From Psammoneis japonica (Eukaryota), in assembly GCA_008632985.1 (NCBI GenBank), contig QPGO01000240.1, positions 62,001-110,983 of the forward strand: DNA of 48,983 nucleotides. Direction: 5' to 3'. Of the stretch, positions 1-12,742 are shown in pieces. The notes below the pieces were generated by a model that saw only the letters and a list, made by a program, of their open reading frames with translations, was not told the origin of the DNA and did no database searches. Made by a program: the position numbers and the translations under genes. The first letter of the stretch is position 1; each line of letters starts with the position of its first letter.

Positions 1-51
1 CAGAACATTGATGCTCACTGCACACGCTCTTTGCCATTCTGTTTCTCCCAG

Positions 52-1306
52 TTCAATCGACAAGCCAACACTTGGAGGCAGCCGCATCCTCTGTCGACAC
101 CGACACTCGAATTGTAAATTGCCAAGGGGTGCAATGCCACGAGGAATGCGAGATTACAGACATTGAAGTCAAGTGTGATCGGCTTGTGGTGGCGGTCGGA
201 GCGAGTGCCAACACATTTGGCATCCCCGGTGTCGAGGAGCACTGCCTCTTCCTGAAGCAGATTGGTGATGCAAGGCACATTCGTCGCAAGATTGTCAGTT
301 TGTTTGAAAGAGCGAATTTTCCCAGACAGTCGGAACAAGAGCGTCGCAAACTGTTGACCTTTGCCGTGATTGGTGCTGGTCCAACTGGCGTTGAATTCAC
401 AGCGGAGCTTCGAGACTTTGTCAAACAAGATGGACCAAAGTGCTGTCCCCAGTCACTCAAAGACGTTCAAATCAAGGTCATTGAAGCAACACCAGTGATT
501 CTGAGGCCATTTGATGAGAGCTTGCGAGAAACAGCAATGAACGTGCTTACTCGCGGCATCAACATTGAGGACCCAGCTCGCAGAAGTTTATTCCCAGATG
601 AATTGACTGAGCTGGTCCTCAACAAGCCTGTCAAAGAAGTGACCACCGACACAATTGATCTTGCAGATGGCTCAGAAACACCTCATGGCTTGGCAGCATG
701 GGCCGGCAGTGTCGGACCTTTGCCCATTGCACCAGACATTGTTGAGGCGGTTGGTGGCGGACAAGTTGAAGCACAAGAAACGGCTCGCGGAAAGCTTGCG
801 GCAGATCCGTGGCTTCGAGCCGTGGATGGCAAAGGCAGCATCTTTGCATTGGGTGACTGCGCCTGCATGCAAATGGCTTGCTTGCCGAGCACCGCCCAAG
901 TCGCTGCTCAAGAAGGCGAGTTCCTTGCTCACGTTTTGTCCAAGGCCAACCTCAGTGCAGAGCACAGTGACGAGGGTGTCATGTTGCCGCCCAAACGTGA
1001 CCCGGAGAAACCCATGAGCTCAATGGATGTGATTGCTTCCTTTGGCGTCCAGACGGATGAGTGCATGGCTCCGTTCCAGTTCCTCGACATGGGCATTTTG
1101 GCATGTGCTGGTGGCTTTTCAGCGCTTGCGCAGGTTCAGGTGACACCAGACGAAAAGACATGCGTCAAGGCCCTGGAACCGTTGGATTTGGTCCATGGAG
1201 AAGCGCGCATTTGATGAAACAAGCATCCATGAGGAATCGCGCTCTTGTGGCCATTGACTGGGTCAAGTCACGTCTCTTTGGGCGTGACATTGCCGCCATC
1301 GACTAG
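52..1306 (+). pseudogene. Type II (alternative) NADH dehydrogenase NDH-2, last exon; frameshifted and TpA-hypermutated
   Basis: Motifs: DRLVVAVGASANTFGIPGV, VIGAGPTGVEF, IFALGDC, LPSTAQVAAQEG, and C-terminal WRSAHLMKQ..RNRALVAIDWVKSRLFGRDI. Intron acceptor (..ctcccag) at 49-51. Frameshifts near 70 and 1172. Expected Tyr residues read as Cys/His. The 5' part lies outside the window. Confidence 0.9.
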
Positions 1307-1499
1307 ATGCCGCAACTGCTGATTGCATCATGAAAGGAACAAGAAGAACGGCAGTTTTGTGTGACTTGCTTTTTTGGGGTGGTGCAGAAAGACAAGCGGC
1401 ACGGGATTGCCGTCGGCGATTTTCACCCATGTTTGCATGGAAATGTGTTTGGAATGAAGTGAAGCTTGCCACCAGGGAATAAGCAGCGGCTTTCAAGAG

Positions 1500-4400
1500 C
1501 AGTTTCATCAGTTGGACTTGTGCATGTTGTGCGCATGCGTGTCCGTGTCATGCAGAATGTAACCTTGTGCTGCACACACGAGAAAAGTTGGATGAAAAGA
1601 GAAAACGCAATGCAGCACACAGCGCTCGTGCACAGCAGGCCTTGAAAAGCTCCTGGATGGCCGATTGGGCCATGCTCCCGGGCGGCGCCAAATCGCTCAA
1701 ATCGCTTGAACAGCTCCAATCGTCACTTCAGCAGTGGGCTCCTGTTCGCCGCGATGTTCTCATGCAGCCGACCAGCTCCATCTGATTGCCAATGATGCAG
1801 AGCCATCTGATCAGGTCAAGCAACACATGTCCATTGAGACCACTCATTGCAAGTTCGCAAAGTCAACAGGACATGGAAATCCTTGGCGCAGCACTCCAGT
1901 CTCAGCAGCACAGCAGCATGCTTGTGCAACTCGCGGTGCATTTTCAAGATTGCAGCAAGAGCCTTGACTGTCCTTTGTGGTTCTTTTGAGCATGGAAGAA
2001 CAGAAGCAGGTTCAACAAGGTCAAAAAGATGGGGAGCCAAAGCCAGCTCAGCATGCGACAACAGAGCGTTGAGGACACTGGCAATCTTGTGAGTGTTAAA
2101 GTTTGGGGGTTGTGGTGGCAGCACGAGCAAGAAAATGCAATGAGTGAAGTTTGAATTTGTTTCCCTCCAATGACTCAAAAATGTTCTGATCAAAGCAGCA
2201 ACCTGCATTCATGCACCAGCAGCCACTCCTGATTTTTTGTTCCATTTCTGTGGCTGGCACATGTTTGAGCTGTCTTTTTCTCCTGCAAGTGGATGAGAGA
2301 AATGATGAAGAATGATGCACATGAGAAGATGGCAATGCTCAGCATTGCTGGCTGTTCTGGCTGGCAATGCAAGTCAACTTCTGGCAAGAGCTGACAACAG
2401 CAGTCTTGTGAAAGAGCCTGGATGGGCACAACAAGTGGTCAGTGTTGCAAGAAACTGCCATGACTGAGCATGAAAATTAGAGGCAACCCTCCAAACACAC
2501 TGCCACAGGTGGGCCACATGATGTGCAAAACACACAAAGAAAAGTTAAACCTCCAACCCACAAGCCTGAAAAAGGTGTGTGTCACCTGCATCCAAAGTCA
2601 ATCCAAGCCCTCTGCAAATTGTGACCACACACCTGCCCACTGGAGAAGAAAGCACAGGCAGGAACTCTGAGACAAATTCTTGACAGACAGCCATCATCTG
2701 ATGCCAAGAACACACTTTGCAAAAGTCCTGGCAGCTGGCAGTCTTCAAATGAACCAGCCAAGAGGAGACTCCACAGCTGAGCTCATGCTTGGTGAGAGGC
2801 AACACATGCATTCTTCCTCACACGCAAGTGCCAACCATCACAACAGAAGCCTCACATCAGCCAGGAAGCAGTTTGATGCAACTGACCACAGCTGTTGTTG
2901 TTCTTGGCACAGAGCGTCCTTCCCAGGGGTTGGCTGGTTGTCTCAGCTCCAGCACATGCAACCAGGTGCAGGGGCTTCTGAGCCCTGTTCCAGTGTGCAC
3001 GGTGCAACACTCAAGTGTGTTTGACAACGACAGTTTCAAAATGAACAGCAGTGGCAAAATCTCATGAAGCCCAATGCGGTGGCAGCTGCATGCATTTTGT
3101 CCTTCAGCTTTCTCTCATGTGTGTCCCCCACATGAGGGTCAGTTGTCACTCGCTGCTTCTCTGAGATGGGTGAGCTCAGCCCCTGCATCTGACATGCCTT
3201 TCCAGAGACACCCCACAGCACTTGTCTTGTCTTTCTGTGGCGGGTCTTTGTGCAGAGAAGCTCCCACACATTTGCTTCTCAGGCAAGCCTTGTGTTTGCT
3301 GCAGACTGAAAGGTCTGCTTGGCGGCATTGTGACCACGGCTGTGGGGCCAAACAAGTGAACGAAAACAGATGCCCATGAATGAGATGTGAGTCAGGGTTG
3401 TCTGTCCTTCTGCATGTGAGTCATGAGTCAACAGGCTCAAAAAATGTTGTGCTCAGCACATGTGATTCCCACAAGATGTGAGCAGCCATTTGAGCATCAT
3501 CTGCTCTCATTGAACCTTCCATTGAGAGTGCTGCACTTGGTGAGTGTCAGCCGCAGTCCATTGCAAACATTTGGTGTGGTCTCTGCGGCACAAGAAAACT
3601 CAAGTCTGGACAGCAAAAACAGGCCAGAGCAATTTTCTTCACACAAGACTGGGCATGTTCAAAGCTCAGAGCTCACAATTTGCAAAAAAGCTTCTTCTGT
3701 GTTGCTGCCAGCTCACTTTCTGGGCTCCACTGTGCAAGTGTGGCAGCAGGGCCACTTGCACCAACTGGCTGCGCTTCTTCCTGCACATGCCATTTGTTCA
3801 AGAGAGCCCCTGCACTGCCAGGGCAGTCAACCTCAGCTGGTTGTTTGGGCCCGATTTTGTTTCTGAGGGATGCTTTGCTCTTCAAAAATGGATGCCCAAG
3901 CCATCTGCACTCAAGAGTGCACTGCCCCTCCTTTCTGGCCCAGTGCTGAGGTGCACCCAAGTCTCCTGTTGCAAGATTTTGATGGAGCTCCCCTCTCTGA
4001 GATGGTCCACTTGACATGCCAGAACACATCTCTGATTTCCTGCTCCACATCAAGTTCCCAGATGTTTGGCCCAACACTCCAATCCTTGGCACCCATGTGT
4101 TTTTCATCCCTCCACAGGCAAGGACAAATCATGAGATTTTCTGCTTGTTGCTGTGTGTTTCATGTGAACTTGGCACCAAATCCATGTGGGAAAATTGAGC
4201 TCCAACATCAAGACACATTTTTTCATCTGTTGATCCACAAATTGGTGCACAGACCAAAAATGGCATGCCACGCCACCACCATGAACACTCGTCCATTTTT
4301 TTTCCACCAATGGATTCCATGATGATGACTGAGAAGGTGAGAATGTTGGGTCAGGTCAATGAGACTGCACTCCATGTGACGATGTGGTTGAAGTTTTGAT

Positions 4401-5886
4401 TCCTTCTGTTTGCTGTGTCTTGTGGACAGCCTTTTGACTCATGGTTTTTTCATGCCTCTTTTTCTCTTTCTCAGATTGCAAATCAGCATTCTTGGCAACA
4501 CTCAGCTCTGTGCACTTGCCTGGTGCTGTGTGCAAACAACAATGAGCATCTTTGTGACACATTGGCATGATTTTCACAATGCATTGTCTGCGCTTTAAGT
4601 TGTTGTGGATGTCACTTTTGGGTCACATGATGAACAGGCACAACATGCACTGCAAAGCAAAGCAATTGTGTTGGTGACATCCAAATTTTGCAGCCATTTT
4701 GCTTTGCTGAAAGGTGGAGCTGGCCACTTGAGCATTGAAATGTTGTCAAGATTTCATTGTTGCCACTGCCACCGCTGCTGCTGCTGCTGCACTTCAAACT
4801 TCTGATGACTGAATTGCTCCACAATCATCAAACATCTTGGGCTCTGCTGTTTCAATGCCTGCATGTGACTGACTTGCAACTTGTGCACAGGTTGACAAAC
4901 CAGCCAATCTTTGAAATGGCCAATTGTGCAAAATTGGACATTCAAAGTCAGCTCTCCCAATCTTTCCAATGAAAAAAAAGGAGCTGGAGGAGCTCCACTC
5001 TTCCTCTGTGTGAGCTCTTCATGCAACAAAGATTGCACACATTTTTTCAAAAAAGTCAGATGCTGCAATGAAAGAAACAGTGGCACAGCCTCTCAAACAC
5101 ACCTGAAAAACAATGATTTGCAGTCAGACAACAAGAATGATGGCCAGGGCATTTCAAAATGAGCAGACCTGAGGAAAGATGCAACAAAAATTTGGGGAAA
5201 ACCCATCAGATTTGCTTGCACAAAAGGCACAGTGATGAAAGAAGGGGGTGGGTGCACAATGTCCAACCTCAGCACACACATGCAACATCCGCCATGGAGC
5301 TGGAAAGTGCCAACAACAACTGCAGAGATGGCCCCGGCCAAAAGATGGGTGGTGGCAATTGCAGCTCAACTGTGAGCACACCCCCACCCCCAAAAAAAAC
5401 CTGTGCAGCAGCTTGGGCACAAAAATGCTGAAGACTCGCCTGACCCACTTAATCCTGCTGGGAGCTTGCAAAAAGAAGGGGTGGATGGAAAAGCTTTGCA
5501 ACATTGTGCCCGCAAAAAAGTGCAGCAAGGGCCACAAAAGACCAGGAGCTTGTGTTCATTCTCCAATGGCCAAGCTGCCAAATGTCCAGCTGTGCTGCAG
5601 ATGATGTGATGATGCAATGTTTCATCAAAAGCCGCAAAAATTTTGCCAGCAGATTTGCACATGGCGACATGGCGCATCGCCTGCCAGACTGTGCTTTTGT
5701 GCACTGGAAGAAACATGAGCTGTCCCTTGCTGCTCAAGTTTTGCAGCATGTTCCAGGTCTGAGTGTGTGAGAGAAAGATGTGATTTTTTGTTGACAACAC
5801 CTTTTGGGCTTGTTCCAAGCATGCCAGTCAGGAGCTGGGGGCAAACAAAATGCTGAAATCAACCTTGCTTGGAAAAGTTTGCAAAA
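1500..5886. other. Highly degenerate block depleted of both TpA and CpG (original content not identifiable)
   Basis: By eye only a handful of TA remain (e.g. ~2096, 2478, 2546, 4596, 5450), CG is rare beyond ~2000, and TG/CA are in strong excess. ORFs are Cys/His/Gln-rich with no recognisable domain. Confidence 0.8.
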
Positions 5887-5906
5887 GGCCTGTTCCAGCT
5901 CCAGGT

Positions 5907-6182
5907 TGACAGAAATTGAAGGCAAATGGCAAGAATTCAAACAACAACTCCTTGCTGCTGTCTAAATGGCAGATGAGTCTCCGCTCAGAGACCGTCACAG
6001 GAGCCGAAAGACGTGTGAGTCGGTGTGATCGGGCCACTGTTGTCATTCTTGTGAGCCTTGTGGCTCGAAAGCAAACTACATCGCGCGTGAACGCGCGGAA
6101 CTAAAGCACACAAAACTGTGTGCGGTAAACTAAACAGCGCGCGATGCTTTGCGCGCATCCAAATCCTGTTCAAATCCTGTCA
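5907..6182 (-). repeat. 3' LTR of element 1
   Basis: Direct repeat of 12743-13018. Preceded on the minus strand by purine tract GGGGAG (6183-6188). Confidence 0.97.
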
Positions 6183-9100
6183 CTCCCCAGTTTGCTTGAG
6201 GAGCCACAGAAACAGATTCGACTTCGGATGGAATGAAGTTCCAGAACATGAGGGGGCGGAGAAGGTCCCAGATTTGGGAGTGACCCCAATGCTTGCTGAG
6301 AATGTCAGCAGGGTTGCGGGAGCCTTCGATGAAGTGGAACTCAAGGTGACCAGAGGCAATTGCCTCACGCACACGGTGGAACGACAGTGCGGTGTGTCGC
6401 TTGTGTAACTTGGAGTGCGGGATGGTGGCACTGTCTACAACCGACTTGTTGTCACCGAACATGTAACTGACATTACGGATCGGGACGCCAAGGCAGCGCA
6501 GGGTGATGCGCAGGTCGACAATCTGCTCAACACAATTCCTTGTGGCAACAAATTCAGATCCATGGGTTGCAGTCTCCATGGTGGCTTGTTTCTTGGAGAA
6601 CCAATCAGCCGGGAATTTGTTGAGGAAGTGGAGCATTCCCATGACAGAGCGTCTGGTGAGCATGCAATGGCACAAGTTTGCATCGATGCAGTGGGTGGCA
6701 GTGACGAACTTGCCAAGGGGCGGTGGAGCGTCCTTCGGGATCATCTCTTCTGCTTCACCATACACGGAATGCATCCATTCGTAGGCCGGAGCAGGGAGAT
6801 CCGAACAGTCGGGCTCTTCCGTGCGAACGCGGAGAGCACCATGTCGCATCTTGGAGAGGTGCCCACAGACGCGTTTGGCACGATCCAAGTGGCCTTGACG
6901 GGGCGCAGCTCGGAAGCTAGAGAGTGACATGACGGCCGTGGTGATGTCAATTCGACCAAGGGACACTGCCCATTGGAGTGAACCAACAAGAGACTGGAAC
7001 TTGTGAATGCCATCGGGTCCCAGCAGTTCGGAAGTGTCCAGTTCGGGGTGGTCACCCTTCTCTAGAGGTGACAGGGCGTTGGTGGTGGGTTTCTCCCCAA
7101 ACAGTCGGGCGCAGCTGTCGACCATGCGCTCGATGTACTTGCGCGGAGACAGGCACAAGGTTCCGTCGGGGTCCCGGGAAAAGTCGCAACCCAGATGGAA
7201 CTCAATGGGTCCCGCACCCTTGAGCTTGAACTTGCACTTTTCCGTGAGAGTGTCGACGAAAGATTGAGGGTCCTTCATGGCAATGGCGAGGTCATCCACA
7301 TAAACGGCAATGTGTTCACAGTGGTCGCCGTTCCTGCGCATCCAAATGTCGGGTTCGGCGCGGCAGGGGAAGAAGCCTTCAGCTCGCAGGCAGTCGGCGA
7401 AGCGCTCGTGCCAGCGGAGACCGGAGCTGCGGAGTCCATACAGTGCCTTGTGGATGACAAGGATGTGTCCTTCGAGTTTGCCAAATTCGGGTCCAGCTGC
7501 AATGTAAAGCTTCTCCTTGGTGGTGGCTTCAAGGCAGGCATTGCCAATGTCGGTGGCCCATGTCTCCAGCTCGTTGAGTTCGGCCAGGAAAATCATCAGC
7601 CGAAGGCCACGAAGGGAGACTGCTCCGGAGCAGACACTGTCGACAGGTGCGTCCGTGAGGTGCCCGTCGGCTACGAGTCGTGCCTTGTGGCGACCGTCGT
7701 GTTTCACGTCGTACACCAGGTGGGGCTCGGATCTTCTTGTGTCCCGCAGGAGGAGTGGAAGACTTGAAGGGCCCGCAGTCATGGAAGACTTCGTATTCGT
7801 CGAGTTGGTCCATCTCGAGATTAGTTGCGTCTCCCCACTTGCGGTTGCCGTTGCGTTCGTCTAGTGACATGGCGTGTTTGCAGTTCCGGGGAACTTCGTG
7901 TCCGCACTTGTGGCAAGGTGCAGTGTTGGAAGGAGCGAAGCTTGGCTTGGTTGGCCATGCGAAATGGCTTCTTTTGGCGCCTCGCGATGGTGCGGAACCG
8001 CTTCCATCCATCCGTGTCGAGGAGTCCGTTCTCTCGTGCATAGATGGCACAGGTGACGGGGTCGTCCTTGGCGATGATGGCAAGAGGCTCGGACGTGATC
8101 TCCCCACTTTCCCATTCAAGCATGATGTTGTAGCTTGAGCCTTTCCAGGTTGGGTCGTGAGGCTTCAGAGGGCCTTCGTGTGACACGATGCGTCGAAATT
8201 TCCAAACAGTGGTGTCTTCGTCTTCTTGCTCAATGTGATTCATGATGTCATTGCAGGCAAGGACTTCCTCGTGTTCGTCATTGTTGACAGAGCAGACGAA
8301 CTTAGTGAGCTCGGGATTGCCGTTCACTTTCCATTCGTGGTCTTCGACGGCCTTGACGATGCGAGCTCTGTGGCGTTGTCCGTCCTCTTGTGGCTGCATG
8401 AGGAAGGTACGTCCAATGATGTCTTGCGGATCGAAAACTGGCATCTTGGGTGTCCTGATCTCCCCATCAGGAGAATCGACGGGGTTGTCGTCATGGCGAG
8501 ATTTGATGATGGGTTCAGGTGGCTCCCCATCAGGAGGATCAAGACGCAGGTTTCGAACGGCAGGATCGGGGGTGGCGGAGCGAACGTTGGACCGGTGGAG
8601 GATCTTCTGAGTCTCGTCAGATAGAATCTTGAAGGTCATCTGGTGGCCGATGTGCTCAGCAATGCCAACGAAGCGTCCACGCAACTCACGAGATTCGGAC
8701 GGCCAATCGGAGTCATCGAGGTGGAAGCACACTGGTTCCCACCAGTGAAAGCGAAGCAATGGGCTGATGTCCGGGGTGGATCCAGTGAGAGTCTCGAGGG
8801 GCGTGCGCCAGTGGAGACGTGGGGACGCTGCATGGTTGAGCACGAAGCACACGCACATGAGCGCCAGCAGCCATGTGTGGGCGGGCGAACCAAAACGGTC
8901 CATGACAGTGTTCGCCATGCGCTTCACAGTCTGGTGTCGACGCTCGGCAAAGTTTTGGTGTTGCTGGTGAGGCTCACTTTGCCAGCTGGAGATGAAGAGG
9001 GCGCGTAGGATCCCGAGCACTTTGTTGCTGATCTCAACTTGAGCACGGTCGCTGATGAGTTTGGATGGGGCACCACGTTCACGGATCTGATCCTCGAGTG

Positions 9101-11801
9101 TGTTGACAAACTCTTTGTCCGTCTCAGTGCCGCAGACGTCAGTGACNNNNNNNNNNNNNNNNNNNNNNNNNNNNNNNNNNNNNNNNNNNNNNNNNNNNNN
9201 NNNNNNNNNNNNNNNNNNNNNNNNNNNNNNNNNNNNNNNNNNNNNNNNNNNNNNNNNNNNNNNNNNNNNNNNNNNNNNNNNNNNNNNNNNNNNNNNNNNN
9301 NNNNNNNNNNNNNNNNNNNNNNNNNNNNNNNNNNNNNNNNNNNNNNNNNNNNNNNNNNNNNNNNNNNNNNNNNNNNNNNNNNNNNNNNNNNNNNNNNNNN
9401 NNNNNNNNNNNNNNNNNNNNNNNNNNNNNNNNNNNNNNNNNNNNNNNNNNNNNNNNNNNNNNNNNNNNNNNNNNNNNNNNNNNNNNNNNNNNNNNNNNNN
9501 NNNNNNNNNNNNNNNNNNNNNNNNNNNNNNNNNNNNNNNNNNNNNNNNNNNNNNNNNNNNNNNNNNNNNNNNNNNNNNNNNNNNNNNNNNNNNNNNNNNN
9601 NNNNNNNNNNNNNNNNNNNNNNNNNNNNNNNNNNNNNNNNNNNNNACCACTGGTCATCGTCAGTGACAGAGTGATCGAGGACGGAAGGGTCCCATGTGTC
9701 ATCACCGGCAAGGATGACATGGGGCAGGGTGTCCCATTCGGCGTCAGTGTGGGGGTCGCATGGCAACACAAGGCAGGCCAGCCTTGATGTCAATGGGGGT
9801 GACACAGCCATCAGGAGCGGCAATGCGTTGCAAGCCATTGGGCACCTTGACAGAGCGATCGTTGACATCCTGTTTGCACCATTCGAGCTGGCCGCAGGAA
9901 TGGATGGTCTTGCCCTTTCCCGTGCATGCGCACTGATGGAGGATGGCGATGACGGGACCACGCTGGGTCTCAATGATGGCACCAGCGGTGACAATGGGGA
10001 TGTCCACCAATTGATGATCGTCGGATGCCCTGAACGTCGACTTGGCGAGAGGTGCATGCAATGACGCGAACGTCGTCGCCAGCAATGCCGCCGTTGGCCC
10101 CACGATCGACTAGAGCGCCAGTGCGTGTGGAGCGATGAGCAGAGGCAGAGCAAATGACATTGTGGTTGTTGACGCGGCGGCAAGTGCGGCCGTTAAGTTC
10201 CATGTCATCTGCAGAAGCTGGCGGGGTAGAGGAAGCGGCGGATGGCCCCGGTCGACTGGCATTGGGGGCTTGGTTAGGAGACAACAGACGTTGCAGATCA
10301 CCGGGTGGCAGTGGCTTGCGCTTGGTGAGGTGCGCCAGGATGGGATCATCCGAAGTGGCGTCCACATGTGCAGCGGGGTCACCACAGTCAGCAGGAGTCG
10401 TGTTGGACAAGTTGACATCACCGTCACTCCCAAGGTGTTGGTCGTGAAGGTTGGCCGTAACAGACTCATGGCAGTTGCTGGCTCGCGGGTTGCGGGGAGG
10501 CGGACGAGAGTGCTCAAGGATGATCGCCTTGGAGGAATCGGGCAACGAATCCCAGAGCCGTTGGTGGTCGGGAGGGAGACGTCTCCATTGGACACCGGCG
10601 AGGCTGGGACCACGGGTGCAGGCAGCATTGGCTTGAAGGACGTCAACGTCGCTGTCAATGTCGCAGAACACATCGTCGGACGGTTCCTCGGAGCAGACGT
10701 CGTGTGCGTGCATGGCGCGTCGGGGAGCTCGAGGTGTCGTCTTGGGTTGAAACGTGCTGTCGCACTGAGCTGCCGCGGAGAGGAGCAAGCCACAGTGTTG
10801 ATCGCATGTGAGGCTCTTGCCACTCTGCGCACGATGCTGATCAGCTTGGTTCTTGACAGCACGGAGTTCCTCGACAGGGTGCACGGCATTCTCGAGCATG
10901 ACGCGCTTCTGTCCTTCAGAGAAGTGGTCGCTGGCGGGGATGAGTGCCTCGCACTTGCGCAACTGATCTTGCCAATGAAGGATGAACCCGTGGGTCGGAC
11001 CTTTCCAAGTGCCATCACCAAGACGTGCGGTGGTGAGGTGCGTGAGCAGGGTGGAGGACTCGACAGATGCACGGGTGGAGGCAAGCGCGCATGCAGACAA
11101 GGAGCGGTGGACGGTCTGTGCGTCAGAGGACCCCACATTTTCGCGAATGAGAGCCTTGCCCTTGTCGGTGAGAAGGATGCGTTCGAAGACGGCGAACATG
11201 TGCTTTTGCTGTTCAGCAAAGAGCAGTTTGTCTTCGGGGCTGGTCGGTTTGTACGACGAGTCTAGAATGCACTCGACGTCTTGGGCACGGGCTTGTGCCA
11301 CAAGTGAGGTGTGCCAAGTGTGCCACTGCTTGTCGGATTTGAGAGCCGTGAAAGCGGTGGGATCACGCTTGATGCCTCGCTTGAAGTCTCGCACCGGGTC
11401 GCGTGCCTTGGTCGGGTTGGTGACATGTGGAGGTGCAAGGGGTGAGCTGCCGATGGACAGAGAGGACATGCAGTCCGGGCTGAGGCGGCAGGCAAGGAAC
11501 TCGTCATGCGCGAACAAAGAGGAGTCGTTGGCAACGTCAAGACCTTTGTGTGCTTTGACAATGCACAGGCCACCAGTGCTGCTAACATGTTCTCATGACC
11601 ACGGGGCAAAGGGATCACATTGGCGCCGTTGTCGCACTCAAGCGAGTCGATTTGGGACGGCATGAACGTGAACAGTTCCTGACACGAGTCCGTGCCGTCT
11701 TGGGCCAAAGCCAAACGAAGAGGACTCCCAGCACCTTGGGCAAGCACGGTTCCAACAACGTGCTCGAAACCATCGGTTTGTTGCTGACGAGTGAGAACCA
11801 T
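6130..11801 (-). pseudogene. gag-pol of element 1 (several frameshifts, assembly gap, Tyr->Cys/His decay)
   Basis: Gag starts MVLTRQ at 11801 and contains DFKRGIKRD. Protease ALVDRGANGG near 10100. Integrase LISDRAQ and SEPHQQHQNFAERR. RT HKARLVADG, LYGLRSSG, AVYVDD. RNase H MFGDNKS and NPADILSK. Frame changes near 11540, 10025, 7925 and 7725. Confidence 0.93.
9147..9645. other. Assembly gap (N run) within the integrase region
   Basis: Run of N. Confidence 1.
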
Positions 11802-12731
11802 GGCAGACAAAAGTGGTGTCAGGACAATCAATTCTGGTTGGGGAAGCGAAGGCAGACTCGAAACTTGGGCGAGAATGGACTTGACTTGAAACAGACTTGA
11901 CTTGAAATCTTGAACCATCTTAAAATCAGAAGTCGCCGGGCTTTGTCATCCCGTTCGTTGTTGAGTGCTAAACTTCCCATCCGGTCCGCAGAGTTGTGCC
12001 GGCGCGTCCGAACCCGCAGCTGGCGGCGCTTTGGGTTGCTTGCGAGCAGAGCAGCGGGTTGTAAACCCCTGCAGGCAAGCTGACCAGAGGTGGACAAGAC
12101 CCCCGAACCGTTCTCATTTTATGTCGGTTGGATTTCCCGATCAGGCTGGCCAGTTGACGCAGGCGCCAGGTGCTGTGGACGAACGAACAAACGCGGGAAA
12201 GCACCCTCGCCCCAACGCAGGCTGCAATCACGGCTGCTTGCTCTCACAGTCGTCCTCGTGGACCTGGGCAGAACTGCAGAGCACCAGTAGTCCGGGGTAG
12301 ATCAGGTACAATGGACTCGGTGTGCTTGTAGAGTGGCAGCAAAACCGCAGTCCGAAGAGTGGGTGCAGGTTCTTGGCCGTGAAGATGTGCACATATATAT
12401 ATGTCTTCAGCGACGAAGATCCTTGAATATGTAGGGTTCTTGACCGTTAACCGATGAATAGGTATATCAAGGGATGAGGATCAAGGATAGACTTGGATAT
12501 GACCGTTGAATGTATGTCTTCAGCGATCAAAGGTAGTATAATCAATCCAGATATCCAGCGGTAAGGAGACTTGACGGTGACGTTAACTTCCTGCCGATGC
12601 CCTGGTATTGAATGCGCGTAGACTTGCCGATGTATGTAGAATATATACGGAGGTCCACGTAGAATTGAAATAGCGTCGTTGGTAAATCAACGACGACGAT
12701 GGCGGTTGCTCAATGGGTTGACAATGAGCAA

Positions 12732-12742
12732 GACTGTTAATC
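12732..12742 (-). other. Primer-binding site of element 1, complementary to a tRNA-Asn(GTT) anticodon arm
   Basis: Minus strand reads LTR-CA|GATTAACAGTC, the complement of GACTGTTAATC, a tRNA-Asn anticodon stem-loop sequence. Confidence 0.65.

Noticed and set aside
6130..6240. pol ORF reading into the 3' LTR as a functional extension
   Set aside because: More simply explained by loss of a TA-containing stop codon, and not verifiable without other copies.
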